From Promethearchaeota archaeon (lineage in GTDB: Archaea > Asgardarchaeota > Lokiarchaeia > Sigyniarchaeales > SOKP01), in contig JAFGOA010000144.1 in the NCBI GenBank assembly GCA_016926735.1, forward strand, positions 1 to 22,261: 22,261 nucleotides of DNA, read 5' to 3'. Position 1 is the first letter of the stretch. Each line of letters starts with the position of its first letter. Under the pieces are notes generated by a model, which saw only the letters and a program-made list of their open reading frames with translations, was not told where the DNA came from and made no database searches. Positions 9,224 through 17,868 of this stretch are shown piece after piece. A program made the position numbers and the translations under genes.

Positions 9224-9790
9224 TTAACTAAACAACTCTTTTTCAACTAAATAACAAATTATATGACCTACAGTAATATGACCTTCTTGTATTCGAGGAG
9301 TATCCATAGAAGAAATCTTCAAGCAATAATCTGTGATTTTTTCTATATTATTTTCTTTCTTTCCAGTAAATCCAATAGTGATTGCACCCCTATTTTTCGC
9401 TTCTTCAAGACCTTTTATAACATTTGGTGAATTTCCAGAAGTACTAATACCAATAACAATATCTCCTTTATTAACAAGTGATGATACTTGTCTTTCAAAT
9501 ATTTTTTCATAACCAAAATCATTTGCGGTAGCAGTTATACTTGAAGTATTTGTACTTAAAGCTAAAGCAGGTAAAGAATCTCTATCCAAATAAAATTTTC
9601 CAACAAATTCAGTGGCAATATGTTGCGCATCAGCAGCACTTCCACCATTTCCAAATAGAACAACTTTATTATTTTTTTTATAGGCTTCTATAATCTTATT
9701 TGAAATATCAATAATTAATTGTACTTGATTTTTTAACTCTTCTTTAATTTTAATAGATTCATCTAATATAGAAATTATTTCATTTTGCAT
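9224..9790 (-). CDS. gmhA: Sedoheptulose-7-phosphate isomerase
   Basis: GNGGSAADAQH, ANDFGYE.IF.RQ, ISTSGNSPN, TPRIQEGH. Confidence 0.96.
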   Translation of the reverse strand: MQNEIISILDESIKIKEELKNQVQLIIDISNKIIEAYKKNNKVVLFGNGGSAADAQHIATEFVGKFYLDRDSLPALALSTNTSSITATANDFGYEKIFERQVSSLVNKGDIVIGISTSGNSPNVIKGLEEAKNRGAITIGFTGKKENNIEKITDYCLKISSMDTPRIQEGHITVGHIICYLVEKELFS

Positions 9791-9881
9791 AAAATCTTAT
9801 TCTCAGAAAAATTATTTAAAATTGATTTAAATAAATAAGGGTACAAAAAAAAGATAACTCCTTTTGTTATTAAGTTTTAGA

Positions 9882-10895
9882 CTAATTATCAACTTTCCAT
9901 ACTTCTATTCCATTAGGATTGAAATGAAAATTTATAATCTTTCCACCTATTTTTTCTAACTGTTTGATTACTTCAGATTTATGATTTGGATCAGAAAATA
10001 ACAATAGATGCCCACCACCTCCAGCACCTAGAAGTTTTCCTCCAATAACACCAAATCTTCTTGAGGTTATATAGAAGTTTTCAATCATTTTATTAGTAAT
10101 TTTACTACTTAAACTTTTTTTTACTAACCACCCTTCATGTAATAATCTGCCAAATTGTTGAATTTTACTTAGTTCATTTGATTCAATTATATCTTTCATA
10201 AAATATGCTACTTTCTTCAAATCCTTCATTGATTCTATAAATGATTTTTTTTCTATATTATATGCTTCTATAACCTCATCTTGAATATCTGAAGAAAAAT
10301 GCGATCCACCTACATAACATAAAATCATACAATATTGGAGTTCATTAATCATTTGAGTAGATGATTTTATTGGTTTTACTTTAACCTTATCTGTAAATTC
10401 AATAAAATTAAAGCCACCATAAGATGCTGCAAATTGATCTTGATATCCACCTTTTTGATTTAATTCAATTCTTTCAATATCACATGCTTTTTGCGCAATA
10501 TCATATTTATTGTATCCAAAATTATAAAATTCATTAAATGCACCAATTAGAGCCACAGCAAGTGAAGATGATCCTCCCATACCAGATCCAGGAGGTAATT
10601 CTGAATAAATTGTTAAATCAAATCCCTTATTGATTTCTAAATAATTTATTACACCTTTAATTACTTCAAATTTAGTTGTATAATCCTTATCTCCAATTTG
10701 AAAATTATATTTTTCATTTGAATTAATTGCATTGATATGAATATAATCATCTTCTCTTTGCTTGATTGATACATATATATGTCTATCAATTGTTGTACTT
10801 ATTACACATCCACCATGTTCCAAACAATATGGAGGCATATCAGTACCACCACCACCAAAACTAACTCTAAAAGGAGCTTTTGCGCGAACAATCAT
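9882..10895 (-). CDS. hddA: D-glycero-alpha-D-manno-heptose-7-phosphate kinase (GHMP family)
   Basis: APFRVSFGGGGTD, PPGSGMGGSS, GGYQDQFAA, GGKLLGAGGGG; next to gmhA. Confidence 0.88.
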   Translation of the reverse strand: MIVRAKAPFRVSFGGGGTDMPPYCLEHGGCVISTTIDRHIYVSIKQREDDYIHINAINSNEKYNFQIGDKDYTTKFEVIKGVINYLEINKGFDLTIYSELPPGSGMGGSSSLAVALIGAFNEFYNFGYNKYDIAQKACDIERIELNQKGGYQDQFAASYGGFNFIEFTDKVKVKPIKSSTQMINELQYCMILCYVGGSHFSSDIQDEVIEAYNIEKKSFIESMKDLKKVAYFMKDIIESNELSKIQQFGRLLHEGWLVKKSLSSKITNKMIENFYITSRRFGVIGGKLLGAGGGGHLLLFSDPNHKSEVIKQLEKIGGKIINFHFNPNGIEVWKVDN

Positions 10896-11050
10896 AATTT
10901 TCTTTTTCTTATATTTTTAAATCTTATTTATATAATTAATTGATTATTATAAATTTTCAAAATTTCATTCAACAATATCGTAAAATTAATGATGTAATAC
11001 TTATTATATCATTTGATTTAAAAAATAATACGATCAGAAAGAATTATTTT

Positions 11051-12097
11051 ATGACGAATGTAATAATAACAGGTTCTGATGGATTTTTGGGTTCACATTT
11101 GGTTGACTTTTTATTAGATAAAGGATATTTTATTTTTGCTTTTAAAAGACCTGATAGTTCAATACATAATTTATCTCATTATTTAAACAATTACAATAAA
11201 AATGCGAATATAGAGAGAATTTCTTTTATAAAAAATAAGATTGAAATTCCAACTATTGAAAAGCATTTAAAGATTCTTGAAGTAGATATAAATAATTCAA
11301 AATTAGTTAATGATTTAATTTTAGAAATTAAACCTGATTTAATATATCATTTTGCAGCCCAACCTTATGTTATTCCTTCTTGGAATGATCCCATAACAAC
11401 AATACAAACAAATATAATTGGAACGATTAATATTTTCGAACCTTTAAAGAAATACAATATTAAATGTCGAGTCATTGTTGCAGGTTCAAGTGCAGTTTAT
11501 GGAACAACAACTGATAAAATTAAAAGACCGTTAAAAGAATCCGATCCAATAGAAGCAGTTCATCCATATGGAATTAGTAAAATAGCCACAGAACTCCTTG
11601 CAAGACAATATTATCTAAATTTTAAGATTGATATCGTTAATTTGAGATTTTTTAATCAAACAGGACCTAGAAAAATAAATGATGCTTGTTCTGATTTTAT
11701 ACAAAAAATAGCCCAAATTGAATTAGGGTTGATTTCTCCTGTTGTTGAAGTTGGAAATTTAGAATCATATAGAGATATAATGGGCATACAAGATACTATT
11801 CAAGCTATTTGGTTAGCCACAGAAAAGGGGAGATCTGGAGAAACATATAATGTCTGTTCAAATAGGAAAATCTATATTAGAAAAGTATTAAATATATGTT
11901 TAAGTTTTTCATCAAAAAAGATTCAAATAATTGAGAATAAACCAGAAAAACTGAGAAAAACTGATGAAGATATTATTTTAGGAGATAATACAAAGATTGT
12001 TTCAGAATTACAATTTAAAATCCAACAATCTGTTGAGGAATTTCTCAAAGAATCTTTTGATTATTGGTTAAACTATTATAAAAATAAAGAAAAGTAA
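11051..12097 (+). CDS. GDP-sugar extended SDR (GMD/RMD family), probably a 4-keto-6-deoxy reductase
   Basis: ITGSDGFLGSHL, HFAAQPYVIPSW, GSSAVYG (Ala where GMD dehydratases have Glu), YGISK, FNQTGPR, GNLESYRD. ATG 11051 directly precedes the Rossmann strand and is preferred to the TTG at 10940. Confidence 0.8.
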   Translation: MTNVIITGSDGFLGSHLVDFLLDKGYFIFAFKRPDSSIHNLSHYLNNYNKNANIERISFIKNKIEIPTIEKHLKILEVDINNSKLVNDLILEIKPDLIYHFAAQPYVIPSWNDPITTIQTNIIGTINIFEPLKKYNIKCRVIVAGSSAVYGTTTDKIKRPLKESDPIEAVHPYGISKIATELLARQYYLNFKIDIVNLRFFNQTGPRKINDACSDFIQKIAQIELGLISPVVEVGNLESYRDIMGIQDTIQAIWLATEKGRSGETYNVCSNRKIYIRKVLNICLSFSSKKIQIIENKPEKLRKTDEDIILGDNTKIVSELQFKIQQSVEEFLKESFDYWLNYYKNKEK

Positions 12098-12110
12098 TAG
12101 ATTCTTTTTT

Positions 12111-15100
12111 TTAATTTTTGTTATATGTAAAAGAAATTGTTCTTATATTGTTAATCTTCAACTCAGAATTACAATGTGGACATTTTATATTAGACTCCTT
12201 GTCTAATTTTTTTAAAATATTATCTTTTAATGAAGCAGAACAATCTTTATTACCACATAATTTTAATTCTTCATATATTTTTATTTTATCATTTTTAATA
12301 TTTGAATTATTGATAATAACTTCATTTGCAGATACTTTATCAGAGATATAATCTTTTGAATTTTCAATAAACTTAATTAAATAAGGGGCGTTTGCTCCAA
12401 TTTTAAGTGATATGTTCTCTCCCGCTTGAAATTTATTTATTTTTCTTGAAAACTGAATATTTCTAATAAGATCACTAATAATTCTCTCAGTTAAAATATC
12501 CTCATCAACAGTTTTATCCAAATAAATTATGCCATATTTTGAATCTGTTTTTACATAATCTTCATTAGATTTAAATGATTTTGTAATCTCTAACTCTTTT
12601 ACATTAACAGTTTTTTTAAAAATTATCTGGAATTCTTCTTCAGGTACTTTTTCTTCAGTTACAATAACAATCTTTTTGTTTGGCCATCTTAATCTAATCC
12701 GATATTCGTCTTTTAAAGCTCTTGCTTCTTCAATTAATTCTTGAATGAAAATCATTTGATTTTCTATATCCTCATCTATTAATTTTTCCTCTACTTTGGG
12801 CCAATCCTGCAAGTGAATACTCAGTGTTTCGTTTAGATTCATTGATTTCATATTGAGTTTAAACATTTTATGATATATTTCTTCAGTTAACATAGGATTA
12901 ATTGGAGATAATAGCAATAGAACTTTAAAAAGAACATCATAAAGTAATGATAGAACAGGATATTTCTCTGAATCATCAGAATATACTTCGATTTTATCTC
13001 GAATTAAAACTACATACCATCGACTGAGATCATTCACAATAAAATCTCTCAAAGTTTCGGTTATAGATGGAAGTATATATGTATCTGATAAATTTGTGAT
13101 TTTCTTAATAGTTGTATTTAATCTTGAAAGAAGCCATTTATCGGTTTTATCCATTTTCTTAATATCATACTTATGTTTGGAAGGATTAAAATTAGCTAAT
13201 CTACATTTTTCATTTGCATATACAAATAGATTCCAAATTGTATTTATTACTCTATAAGTATCTGCATATTCTTTTGCACTAAAATTCAAATCTCTACCTG
13301 GTTGAGTTGCGCCTATACAATAAAATCTAAAAGTTTCAATCCCTTTAATTTTAGAATATGATTTTTTTTTCTGTAAATCCTTTAAAGTACCATTTATTAG
13401 ATCTTCAGGTTCAATAAAATTACCAAGAGATTTACTCATTTTTTCACCTTCTCTCATCACCCAACCATGCATATAACATGCATCATAGTTCTTACGTTTA
13501 GAAGATACCATAGCACTACATAAAAGACTATTGAACCATCCTCTTATTTGATCTTTTCCTTCTAGTATAAAATCAGCGGGTATCCATGTGTCATAATGAC
13601 TTTCACCATCATATACTTCTTGAGCTGCCCAAACTACAGAACCAGAATCTAACCATACATCAAGAATATCTGGAATTCGGGTTTTTGTACCCTTTTTGCA
13701 TTTTTCACATTTCCATGTTATTTTATCAATCCAAGGCCTATGTAAATCTTCAGGACATTCCCCGGCTATTTTTTTTAGTTCTTTAGCCGATCCAATCACA
13801 GTTATATCTCCACATTTTTTATCATTACAAATCCACACACTGAGAGGAATACCCCAGAAGCGTTGACGGGATATGCACCAATCTTTTATAGAAGATAACC
13901 AACTTTTAAACCATTTCATTCCAGCCCATTCTGGAACCCAATATATTTTTTCATTTTGTCCTAATAATTCTTCACTTATAGACTCTGTTTTAAAAAACCA
14001 TTGTTTTGTAGCTCTATAGACTAGTTTTGATTTACATCTCCAACAATGAGCATATTCATGTTCAACTATGTCTGTGTCAATTAAAGTCCCTTTTTCTTTG
14101 AGAATCTCTATTATTTCTTTATTCGCATCAAATACAAATTGATTTTTAAATTTTCCAGCTTTTTCATTATAAAGTCCATCAATTTTAACAGGATTAAAAA
14201 TCGGCAATCCATTTTTTACACCTACATCAAAATCTTCAGGTCCGTGTCCTGGAGCAGTATGAACTAATCCAACACCTTCACCTGCAGAGACATATTCCTC
14301 GGATAAAAGGATTGAATGCATCTTTTCACTCTTTTTAGCAAGTTCTTTTTGATATGGAACTTCATCCAGTAAAGGATGAATATATTTCATACCTTCTAAG
14401 TCTTCTCCAATATAATCTCGATCGATCTTATATTTATAACCTAATTGACCAGAAATAAAGAATGTAATAGAATTTTTAGATAAAATCCAATATTCATCTA
14501 AATCCTTAATATATACTTTAGCATATTCTGCAATTGGATTAACCATTATTGCTGAATTTGCGACTAAAGTCCAAGGTGTAGTTGTCCAAATTATAAAAAA
14601 TGTCTTTTCATCTTCTGCTGATTCAAATTTAACAAAGATACTTGTATCTTTTACATTTAAATATTCATGTTCATGTTTTGCTAGAGCTGTTGCACAACGA
14701 GGACAACAATTTAATGGTCTATAGAATTGATATAATAAATCATTTTCCCATGCTCGTTTTAATGTCCACCATATTCCCTCAATATAACTATTTTTAAAAG
14801 TTATGTAAGGATTTTCCCAATTCCAAAAATATGAACCAAGTCTTTTAAATTGATCATTCATAATTTTAAGATTTCTTTGAGCAAATTCTTTGCAGTTTGT
14901 AATAAATTTATCGACACCATATTCCAAAATTTCTTGTTTATTTTTTATATTAAGTTCTTTTTCCATTTGAACTTCAATTGGTAGACCATGGGTATCATAA
15001 CCAGGAGTATCAGTGACTTTAAACCCTTGCATTCTTTTATACCTAATGAGATAATCTTTCAGAATTTTATTCCATGCGGTGCCTAAATGGATTGATCCTG

Positions 15101-15248
15101 TTGTATAAGGAGGTCCATCAATAAAGCGCCATATCTTATCTGGATTTTCTTTCGTTTTTATCATTGAATAAATGTCTTCATTTTCCCAAAATTCTAAGAT
15201 CCTTTCTTCTAATTTTAATAAATCTAGGTTTTTACTTATTGGTTCCAA
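12111..15248 (-). CDS. ileS: Isoleucine--tRNA ligase (archaeal/type II) with C-terminal Cys4 cluster
   Basis: DGPPYTTGSIHLGTAWN (HIGH region), DTHGLPIE, WTTTPWTL, GLVHTAPGHG, DWCISRQRFWG, GKDQIRGWF, KMSKS. TTG start. Confidence 0.97.
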   Translation of the reverse strand: MEPISKNLDLLKLEERILEFWENEDIYSMIKTKENPDKIWRFIDGPPYTTGSIHLGTAWNKILKDYLIRYKRMQGFKVTDTPGYDTHGLPIEVQMEKELNIKNKQEILEYGVDKFITNCKEFAQRNLKIMNDQFKRLGSYFWNWENPYITFKNSYIEGIWWTLKRAWENDLLYQFYRPLNCCPRCATALAKHEHEYLNVKDTSIFVKFESAEDEKTFFIIWTTTPWTLVANSAIMVNPIAEYAKVYIKDLDEYWILSKNSITFFISGQLGYKYKIDRDYIGEDLEGMKYIHPLLDEVPYQKELAKKSEKMHSILLSEEYVSAGEGVGLVHTAPGHGPEDFDVGVKNGLPIFNPVKIDGLYNEKAGKFKNQFVFDANKEIIEILKEKGTLIDTDIVEHEYAHCWRCKSKLVYRATKQWFFKTESISEELLGQNEKIYWVPEWAGMKWFKSWLSSIKDWCISRQRFWGIPLSVWICNDKKCGDITVIGSAKELKKIAGECPEDLHRPWIDKITWKCEKCKKGTKTRIPDILDVWLDSGSVVWAAQEVYDGESHYDTWIPADFILEGKDQIRGWFNSLLCSAMVSSKRKNYDACYMHGWVMREGEKMSKSLGNFIEPEDLINGTLKDLQKKKSYSKIKGIETFRFYCIGATQPGRDLNFSAKEYADTYRVINTIWNLFVYANEKCRLANFNPSKHKYDIKKMDKTDKWLLSRLNTTIKKITNLSDTYILPSITETLRDFIVNDLSRWYVVLIRDKIEVYSDDSEKYPVLSLLYDVLFKVLLLLSPINPMLTEEIYHKMFKLNMKSMNLNETLSIHLQDWPKVEEKLIDEDIENQMIFIQELIEEARALKDEYRIRLRWPNKKIVIVTEEKVPEEEFQIIFKKTVNVKELEITKSFKSNEDYVKTDSKYGIIYLDKTVDEDILTERIISDLIRNIQFSRKINKFQAGENISLKIGANAPYLIKFIENSKDYISDKVSANEVIINNSNIKNDKIKIYEELKLCGNKDCSASLKDNILKKLDKESNIKCPHCNSELKINNIRTISFTYNKN

Positions 15249-15378
15249 GATAACATCAATCTAAAATTAATAATTATTTTAGATAATAAGGAAAAATTAA
15301 AAAATTTAATCAATTATCTCAACGGAAGTAATTATTAGCTTTTATTTTTAGGTTTTTTTTTAAATTATCTTTTAAAAT

Positions 15379-17043
15379 TTAATAAAAGGAAGGAGGAGGT
15401 GATTTTAGACAAAATCCACATTTTCCAAATGATTTTATCGTCTGTTCCCAACAATGTTTATGATAAGGGCGTTCACAATAAGGACATTCGATATAACATG
15501 AATCCCCTTCAGTTTCAGCAATTCTAATATTACATGAAGGACATTCTATTTTATGACATATAACACAAGCAACAACAGAAACTTCAAATATTTTTTTGGA
15601 AATTAAATTAAATAGATCAACCAAATAATGATTCGGACTCCAATCATTATAAAAATCCTTAAAAGAAACATTCAGATCATTTTTTATTTTCTCGTGAGTT
15701 TCCAAATCAAATTCATTTACAACAATTATTTTCGGTATCATCAACGGATATTCTTTAGGGAGTTCAATTTTAAATTCAAAAGTTAAATCCTCTGACTTCA
15801 TCTTTCCTTTCATATCTACGTAGATTGTATTGCTAAGAACATCATAATTGATATTTTGATAGTGTTCTCTTAGTAAATCTATTTCAAAGTTAATACGAGA
15901 ATGTTTATCAATTAACCATGATATCTCTCTTAAAACACCAATTGTTTCAGAGGAATTCTCAATCCAATTCTTAACTGAATCTAATTCATTGATTGGTCTC
16001 CAAATAATATCTTGCAATTCTTGGTCTAATTCAATAATCGGTAATTTAGGAAATGGTTCTAGATCAATTTTTAGAAAATATTCCTTAAAGCCATATGTTA
16101 ATAGTTTTACTTGTAATTTACTTATACTTCCATAAATCATCTTATATTGGTATTCTTGAGCTATTATATTTACTTCTGCTTCAATCTTTTTAATTGAATA
16201 TAGTTTTTTCTCCAATTCATGGAGAATATCAATTATATGAGGTGGATTTTTTTTTTTCCAATTTTTTAATGTCTCCAATGTTTGATTTGGATCTTGAAAA
16301 AGTGATTTTATTTCGGTTGGAAGTATTAGATGAGGTTTATTAGGATAATTTGAAAAATTAATATTTATTATAAACGTTTTAGTTAAAGTAATTGTAAGAT
16401 AAACAATAATATTAGCTATTCCTTCTTCTTTGTGGTCAAAGGCAAATTCTTGCTGGATTAATCCTAATTCTGTATTAATTTTCAAAGAATCTATATCCGA
16501 ATCTGCAAATAATCCTTCAGAGCTAGTAATTATATTATTGGGTATATTATTATTTTTATTTTCAATTTCAGGATTGGGAGTTTCTTGTATAATCTCATTT
16601 TGATTATCAATAAAGAAGTTATTATTGGTATAGGAAGGGGTTAAATATTGTTCTGACTCAAAATCAGAAGGATATAAATCCATATTGGGTGTGATATATT
16701 TATCTTGTTCAAGATTATCTGATTCAACATGAGAAGTATTAAGTTTTTGCTCTATTTTTAATTTTAATTCATCAACAATTTCAATGACTTTCATATTTTC
16801 ATACCAGTTAAGTATTGTATCTAAAGTGATATCACCAAGCAAGAGTCGAACTTTTTCATGAAATATAAATTCAGGAGGATTAGTTGGAAAATCAGAACCA
16901 AATTTTATTTCAAGTTCATATTGTTCTTCTCCTGATTTGTAAACATAACCATATAAATGAGATATATCTCCAGAAACCATCCAAAATGAATATTTTGAAG
17001 CAATTATTTGTGCTTCTTTTAAGATTCTTTGTTTATCCATCAA
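15379..17043 (-). CDS. Tandem UEV/RWD-like (UBC-fold) repeat protein with C-terminal C4HC3-type RING finger; putative E3 ligase
   Basis: Four ~100-aa repeats, each with [FY]PxxxP-like and late-Trp motifs (FPTNPP/NW, YPNKP/NW, FPKLP/NW, YPLMIP/DWSP). No Cys before residue 493, then CVIC-CPSC-C-CPYC-HKHC-W-CGFC. Confidence 0.75.
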   Translation of the reverse strand: MMDKQRILKEAQIIASKYSFWMVSGDISHLYGYVYKSGEEQYELEIKFGSDFPTNPPEFIFHEKVRLLLGDITLDTILNWYENMKVIEIVDELKLKIEQKLNTSHVESDNLEQDKYITPNMDLYPSDFESEQYLTPSYTNNNFFIDNQNEIIQETPNPEIENKNNNIPNNIITSSEGLFADSDIDSLKINTELGLIQQEFAFDHKEEGIANIIVYLTITLTKTFIININFSNYPNKPHLILPTEIKSLFQDPNQTLETLKNWKKKNPPHIIDILHELEKKLYSIKKIEAEVNIIAQEYQYKMIYGSISKLQVKLLTYGFKEYFLKIDLEPFPKLPIIELDQELQDIIWRPINELDSVKNWIENSSETIGVLREISWLIDKHSRINFEIDLLREHYQNINYDVLSNTIYVDMKGKMKSEDLTFEFKIELPKEYPLMIPKIIVVNEFDLETHEKIKNDLNVSFKDFYNDWSPNHYLVDLFNLISKKIFEVSVVACVICHKIECPSCNIRIAETEGDSCYIECPYCERPYHKHCWEQTIKSFGKCGFCLKSPPPSFY

Positions 17044-17338
17044 TTCAACTTTTTGATATATTAATTATTCTTAAATGATAAAATACTAATAAAATATTAA
17101 AAATGTTTACTATAAGTTATGATAATTTAGAGATATAAGTTACTTTTTCTAATTCATTAATTATTATAGTAGAGAATGAAATTTAAAAAAAAAGAGGCAT
17201 AGAATTCTCATATCAAATTCATATCAGTCAAAAATTTTAAATTTGTATAGAAAAGTGATATATGATATGGAAAACCAAAGGGGTCAGACATATAAATACT
17301 TATAAAAAATTAAATATAAGTATGAAACCTGGAGAGGT

Positions 17339-17521
17339 GATATTGAACTAATAGAGAAGTATAAGACATATATAGGTAAACGAATCAAACGAGGTTTATT
17401 TTAATTGATTAAAGAGATTAAAATCAATGCGGACGTAAATCCTGCAATGAATATCCTAAAAAAAGTAGTTCCCACAACCTTTGATGGTAAGGGAATAGAG
17501 GCGATGGTGTTATCGCCATGA
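17339..17521 (+). pseudogene. tnpB: 3' remnant of IS200/IS605-family tnpB (NADVN-type)
   Basis: One frame reads DIELIEKYKTYIGKRIKRGLF*LIKEIKINADVNPAMNILKKVVPTTFDGKGIEAMVLSP*, with an internal TAA at 17402. GKRIKRGLF and INADVN.A.NI are characteristic TnpB C-terminal motifs. A weaker KIKYKYE trace lies near 17305-17326. Confidence 0.85.
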
Positions 17522-17602
17522 ATTGTTATAATTCGTTGTTATTATTATAATTATATACAATTCTTAATAGAACTTTATGGGTTATACTGGTTCTGATAAC
17601 AT
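17461..17602 (+). repeat. Direct repeat copy 1: tnpB 3' end plus downstream putative right-end/omegaRNA region
   Basis: Ungapped match to 19077..19218; hand count 122/142 identical (~86%). Confidence 0.9.
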
Positions 17603-17701
17603 GTAGAATAAGGTTTTATTTAGGTTATAATAAATAATTAATTTTAATAAATATTAAAAATTTAGATTTCTCGGCAAAAGAATAAGTTAAAAAGGTTACT
17701 A

Positions 17702-17820
17702 ATGCTCATGGGATTTTTACTAAAAATATCTATTAATATGGGAACACATTCTGAAATATCTCCTTATGGAGATGAAAATTCAAGTAATTAAATAATATCA
17801 GTAAATAAAGATATAGTTAT
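17702..17820 (+). pseudogene. Possible C-terminal remnant of a UDP-GlcNAc 2-epimerase (WecB/NeuC-like)
   Basis: Frame from 17702 reads MLMGFLLKISINMGTHSEISPYGDENSSN*IISVNKDIV, resembling the family's terminal PYGDG.SS.KI motif. Short motif only. Confidence 0.3.
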
Positions 17821-17868
17821 GTATGGATTGCTAAAAATAACACAATTAAAACTTATGTGATTCATTAA

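Noticed and set aside
10940-11050. 37-aa N-terminal extension of the second SDR from TTG 10940
   Set aside because: AT-rich and motif-free, occupying the divergent promoter space; ATG 11051 gives a normal N-terminus.
15379-17043. Active E2 conjugating enzyme; PPxY motif at the C-terminus
   Set aside because: No Cys or HPN motif in any UBC-like repeat; the tail SPPPSFY does not fit PPxY spacing.
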